DNA of 64,000 nt from Octopus vulgaris. Lineage: Eukaryota. The stretch covers positions 25,792,001-25,856,000 of the forward strand of contig OX597832.1 of the NCBI GenBank assembly GCA_951406725.2. Direction: 5' to 3'. Below, one piece after another: positions 58,366 through 64,000 of the stretch; the stretch's first letter is position 1; each line of letters starts with the position of its first letter. The position numbers and the translations under genes are program-made. The notes under the pieces were generated by a model. The model had not been told where the DNA came from. It made no database searches and worked only from the letters and a program-made list of their open reading frames with translations.

Positions 58366-58685
58366 AGGAGCACTCCGTCAGTTACAACGATGAGGGTCCC
58401 AGCTGATACGATCAACGAAACAGCTTGCTCATGAAATTAACGTGTAAGTGGCTGAGCACTCCACAGACACATGTACCCTTAACATAGTTCTCAGGGAGAG
58501 TCAGCGTGACACAGAATGTGACAAGGCCGGCCCTTTGAAATGCAGGTACTACTCATTTTTGCCAGCTGAGTGGACTGGAGCAACGTGAAATGAAGTGTCT
58601 TGCTCAAGGACACAACGCGTCACTGGGAATTGAACTCACAACCTTACGATCATAAGCCTAATACCCTAACAACTTAACCAATCGC

Positions 58686-58690
<5 letters not shown>
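58366..58690 (-). mobile_element. SINE with CORE-like body and family C tail
   Basis: The 3' 150 bp match the tail of 8171-8535. The body GTGTCCTTGAGCAAGACACTT is shared with 28312, 47780 and 11705. Confidence 0.85.
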
Positions 58691-58750
<60 letters not shown>

Positions 58751-59148
58751 CACGCGCGTGCGTTATTTTGTATAACAGTTTTAATCTTCGCATTTATTGC
58801 ATATTCATAAATGTTGGAGGGCAGCATTAAAACCGACGTTTTTGACTTCGTCGTCGATGTAGCCCTTACAAAACCACCGCAAACGCTGCACTTTGCGGGT
58901 GTCTATGTGAGAGTGTTTGCATAGGCGTATGTATGTGTGTGTTTGTGTATGTGTGTGTTTGTGTATGTGTGTGTTTGTGTATGTGTGTGTTTGTGTATGT
59001 GTGTGTTTGTGTATGTGTGTGTTTGTGTATGTGTGTGTTTGTGTATGTGTGTGTTTGTGTATGTGTGTTTGCGTGCGCACGGCTGCCTTTTAAATGTAAT
59101 CTGGTATAGCAATCTAGAATTTTAGATGCTAATGGTGATTACACCAAG

Positions 59149-59220
<72 letters not shown>

Positions 59221-59253
59221 AATAATAACAACAACAACAACAATAACAATAAC

Positions 59254-59334
<81 letters not shown>

Positions 59335-59787
59335 TTTCCCACTACCAACGTACAATAGCCACGCCTCTTATAACCGACATTAGCTATGTTGGTACCGCCT
59401 TTTAAAAAAAATAGCCTTCGCAACAAATGATTTTCAAAAGAAATTATTATTATCATCATTATAATTGTTCAACATTCGGCAGTTTCCGGCACTGTGTGTT
59501 CTTCTCTGTTGTTGGCAGTGTGCAAACTCTTCCCGGTCTTGTATTGCATCAGTATTTTTCTTTCGCTTGAGGTGTGGAGCAGTCTTTTGTTGTATTACTG
59601 TCTCGATTGCATGTTGATCGTCTTATGCGGTGGTTACGCGGTTTGCTGTCGGAAGTTTATTTCATAAAATATTTTCTGTATAGAGTGTGCCTTATAGAGT
59701 TCGTGGATTGTTGTGTTTAGGTTGTATTATTATTATTATTATCATTATTATTATTATTATTATTATCATTATTATTGGTGTTGTTGC

Positions 59788-59866
<79 letters not shown>

Positions 59867-60188
59867 ATAGCGGTGAAATGACAAAACAAAATGTTAGCAA
59901 GCCGGACAAAATAAATTACCGTATTCCACTCCGAGTTCAAATTTGCTTATCATCTCTCTAGGACGCATTCAAACAACGTACCGGTCTAGTACATGGTCCA
60001 TGGTATCGAATGACCCCACCTCCCCTCAAAAGTTCAGCTCTTATACCAATATTTGAAACCATTATCGTTGTTGTCACATTTTTTACGCTACCGCTGTTGT
60101 CTATATATTGATGAAGACGACGATGATGATGATGATGATGAGGAGGAGGAGGAGGAGGAGGAGGATAACGACGACGACTATGATGATA

Positions 60189-60221
<33 letters not shown>

Positions 60222-61166
60222 TTACGAGGGAGGAGGTGATGGGAGAAGCAGTGGAGGAAAAGGAGCAGCGATGATGGTTGAGATTATGGTAGAGGTGCTT
60301 GTTGGAGTTGGTGATGCTGGTTGTAGTTGTCATGGTTGTAGTTGTCATGGTTGTCGTGTCTGTGATCATGGTAGTGGTGGTGGTGGTGGTGGTGGTGGTG
60401 GTGGTGGTGGTGGTGGTGGGTGGTGGTGGTGGTGGTGGTGGTGGTGTTGATGGTGGTGGTGGTAGTGGTGTTAGTGGTGGTGGTGGTGGTGTTGGTGGCG
60501 GTAGTGGTGGTGGTGGTGGTGGTGGTGGTGTGTGGTGGTGTTGATGGTAGTGGTGTTAGTGGTGGTGGTGGTGGTGGTGGGTGGTGTTGGTGGCGGTAGT
60601 GGTAGTGGTAGTGGTGGTGGTGGTGGTGGTGACGGTGATGGTGGTATTGGTGGTGGCGGACCGTCTGCTGGTGGGGTCGGCGATAGTGATTAATGTGATG
60701 GCGGCAAATAACAAATGCAACAAACAGCGTCTTATCACATCGCAATGTCTGCTTTACCAACGGACACAACAACGAAAGGTGATGATGTTAGGAATTCTGA
60801 CAATATTGTTACTTTGGTAGTACATTTTTTCTTCATTATTTTTTATTATATTTGTCGCTGTTACACCTGTTGTTGCTGTTGTTGTCGTTGTTGTTGTTGT
60901 TGTCCGTAATTAGAGAACAACAATCCGGATTTATGCGAAACACACCTCAAGCGGTTTTATACTAAAGAACAGACAGGAATGCAAAGACATGAGACGAAGG
61001 CTTTAAATTTTCGCAAAAGACAAGAGACAGACGATTAAATTGTCAAAGAGGAATTCAGTTTACAAAATGTCGCTAATTTAATGATACAGTGTCTTCAGAC
61101 AAACACCACCTGAAATTATATATGGATCGGACCTCGACCATAATATCCAAGCACCTCCCCGGCAAC

Positions 61167-61219
<53 letters not shown>

Positions 61220-61238
61220 GCACATACACATATTTACT

Positions 61239-61270
<32 letters not shown>

Positions 61271-61304
61271 TATATATATATATATGCACATACACATATT
61301 TACT

Positions 61305-61403
<99 letters not shown>

Positions 61404-61686
61404 GGAAAAAGTCAAGATAGAAAATGCTAAAATAATTTTATAAAAAGCATTTCAGTACCGGTTTCAGTTATTGACTGTAAGTATGGAAAACAATTAAATT
61501 TTGGAAAAATTAAATGAAAAGTTTTTTAAAAGAATATTTGCATAGTATTCAAATACAAAGGAGCATTTTCCTTGTTTCTGCCTGTTTCTCTCTCTCTCTC
61601 TTGTTTACTCTTGTGGATTCGAGGTCGTTGTGAATTCTTGGTTGGAAAGAAGAAGAAGAAGAAGAAGAGTACATATACATAAAATC

Positions 61687-61719
<33 letters not shown>

Positions 61720-61766
61720 ATTATATATATACATAATTATATATGTACATATATATACATATATAC

Positions 61767-61812
<46 letters not shown>

Positions 61813-61830
61813 ACACACACACACATACAC

Positions 61831-61877
<47 letters not shown>

Positions 61878-61880
<3 letters not shown>

Positions 61881-62309
61881 CACAGCAAGGTGCCAATTTT
61901 TTACGGAAATCGAAGTCGACAAACGTCCGACGCTAGGTAAAGCTTCACTGAACGTATAGCGGCAAAGATGTGTACGGGCGGCAAATAAAAAAAAAATTGT
62001 TTTACCTCTAGGAAGAACGCCAGAGAGATGGACAACCTAGTACTTTAGCTTTGGACTTTTCAGAATACGTTTGTTATCTATGAAATGTTCGAAATTCGAG
62101 TACTAGGTTGTCCATTTATCTGGCGTTCTTCCTAGAGGTAAATTGAAAATTCGCTGCCTACACACGTCTTTATATTTGCTCCTACACACATCTTTATATT
62201 TGCTGCCTACACACATCTTTGCCTCTATACATTCAGTAAAACTTTACCTAGCGTCGAACGGTTATCAACTGCTATTTCCACCAAAAATAGGTACCTTTTT
62301 GTGCCACTG
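61878..62309. mobile_element. Foldback MITE with long imperfect inverted arms
   Basis: Nested inverted segments TGGCACA../..TGTGCCA, CGACGCTAGGTAAA/TTTACCTAGCGTCG and TTTACCTCTAGGAAGAACGCCAGA..ATGGACAACCTAGTACT with its complement. The right arm has about 23-bp internal tandem repeats. Confidence 0.8.
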
Positions 62310-62642
62310 TTTCCTATATATATATATGTTGTTGTTGTTTGTTCCTTCTCGAGCCATGCCTGGCTCATAAAAGCCGGTTTCCCGGCGTATATATTTCATT
62401 GGCGTATAGGATCCCCACCTGGACGGGACGTCGGTCCGTCGCTGATGGGCTGCAAGATGCAGGAGGAAAGCGTAAGAGAAAGTTGTGTCGAAGGGGTCAG
62501 CAGAATTTCGCAATTATCTTCTGCCGTAGCCGCGGGGAGCTTAACTGTTTCGCTCATAAACACACACGTCGCCCGGTCTTACATTCGAACCCACGATCCC
62601 TCGACCACGAATCAGCTGCTCTATCCACTAGGCCATATGCCT

Positions 62643-62761
<119 letters not shown>

Positions 62762-62876
62762 ATACAATTGATAATATAAGGGTAAATAATTATTAATTTT
62801 AAAAAGTAACAATTATTACTGAGTAGTTTTGGTATGGAAATATAACCATTATCGGTAGGTACTTTTACAAAAGGTT

Positions 62877-63163
<287 letters not shown>

Positions 63164-63320
63164 CAACAAGTTGCTTAGCCACAAACCGAAAATTTAGAAA
63201 TAGCAGTCAATAACTGCTTGTTGCTATTTTCTACAAATATAGCTCCACATATAACATTTACTTGTAACTCACGTATGGAAAAAGAAGGGAAAATAACAAA
63301 AAACACACAGTCTTCGGTTA

Positions 63321-63379
63321 GTTGTGGACGCGTTTCTGGGTTAGAATTATAAAGAACTCATTCCCGTCTTCAGCACAAC
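63321..63379 (-). ncRNA. Type I hammerhead ribozyme (intact core)
   Basis: GTTGTG-CTGAAGA-cGGG..CCCa-GAAA-CGCG-TC-CACAAC: 6-bp stem I, palindromic ACGCGT stem III and GUC triplet. The first stem II pair is a C-A mismatch. Confidence 0.8.
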
Positions 63380-64000
63380 ATTCCATTAAGTTATAGATTT
63401 GCAAATGCTATTTACCTACGTCTTGCATCCCGATCCCGCGCCATCGGAGATGACAGGAGATAGTCAGCACAAACCAAATCCATATAGACGAATGAATTCG
63501 TATTTTCCCTCCAAAATTACCATGTGTGTTACAAAAAATAGCACCGCAGAAAGAGATGCCCCTTGTGCTTACCCAATGAAATGGGTGTATATGGGTAAAC
63601 GACAGGATATAAAAAATACAATCTGTCAACAGACTACGAGCTCGTTGTGAGCCAACAACACCCGTTTCGTGGAGCGAAGCACCGTCGCGATTGCAAAGTG
63701 AAATGAAACAGTTGTATGAAAGGCTCTCCCGGGTGGAATTTTATATCCGACCTGTAGGAAACGGATAGCATAAAGAATGGCCAAGTAGGATTGATTGGTA
63801 TTAAATATTTAGGTGCCTCCAACGATAGAAATATTCGACAAGAGATTAATGGCACCACACAACAATAACAGCAACCAATATATTATCACAGCTTTAGGTC
63901 ATTTGATGAGCAAATCAATGAAATACCCCGCCAACACAACCATATTACGGATACCATTTCCATTGGAAACAACTCTGTCGTTGTTCAAAATTGGCAGTCC

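Overview
AT-rich animal genomic DNA saturated with microsatellites. The tRNA-derived SINE families and the microsatellite load point to an octopus (cephalopod) genome; this assignment is inferred, not searched. Almost all ORFs in the supplied track are microsatellite artefacts. The main result is a two-coding-exon gene on the minus strand: 34025-33821 spliced in phase 1 across a 21,375-bp GT-AG intron to 12445-12267. It encodes a 127-aa insulin/relaxin-superfamily prepropeptide with signal peptide, C-x11-C B chain, RSKR, C-peptide, KRR and an unusually short CC-x3-C-x5-C A chain. The rest is transposon debris: several SINE families, two mariner relics, a Penelope GIY-YIG relic, Gypsy gag, R4/Dong-type and RTE LINE fragments, a non-autonomous Helitron, MITEs and a probable Academ relic. 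There is also a set of (TA)n-embedded inverted-repeat elements carrying hammerhead-ribozyme motifs, including a U3-A8 compensatory core variant.
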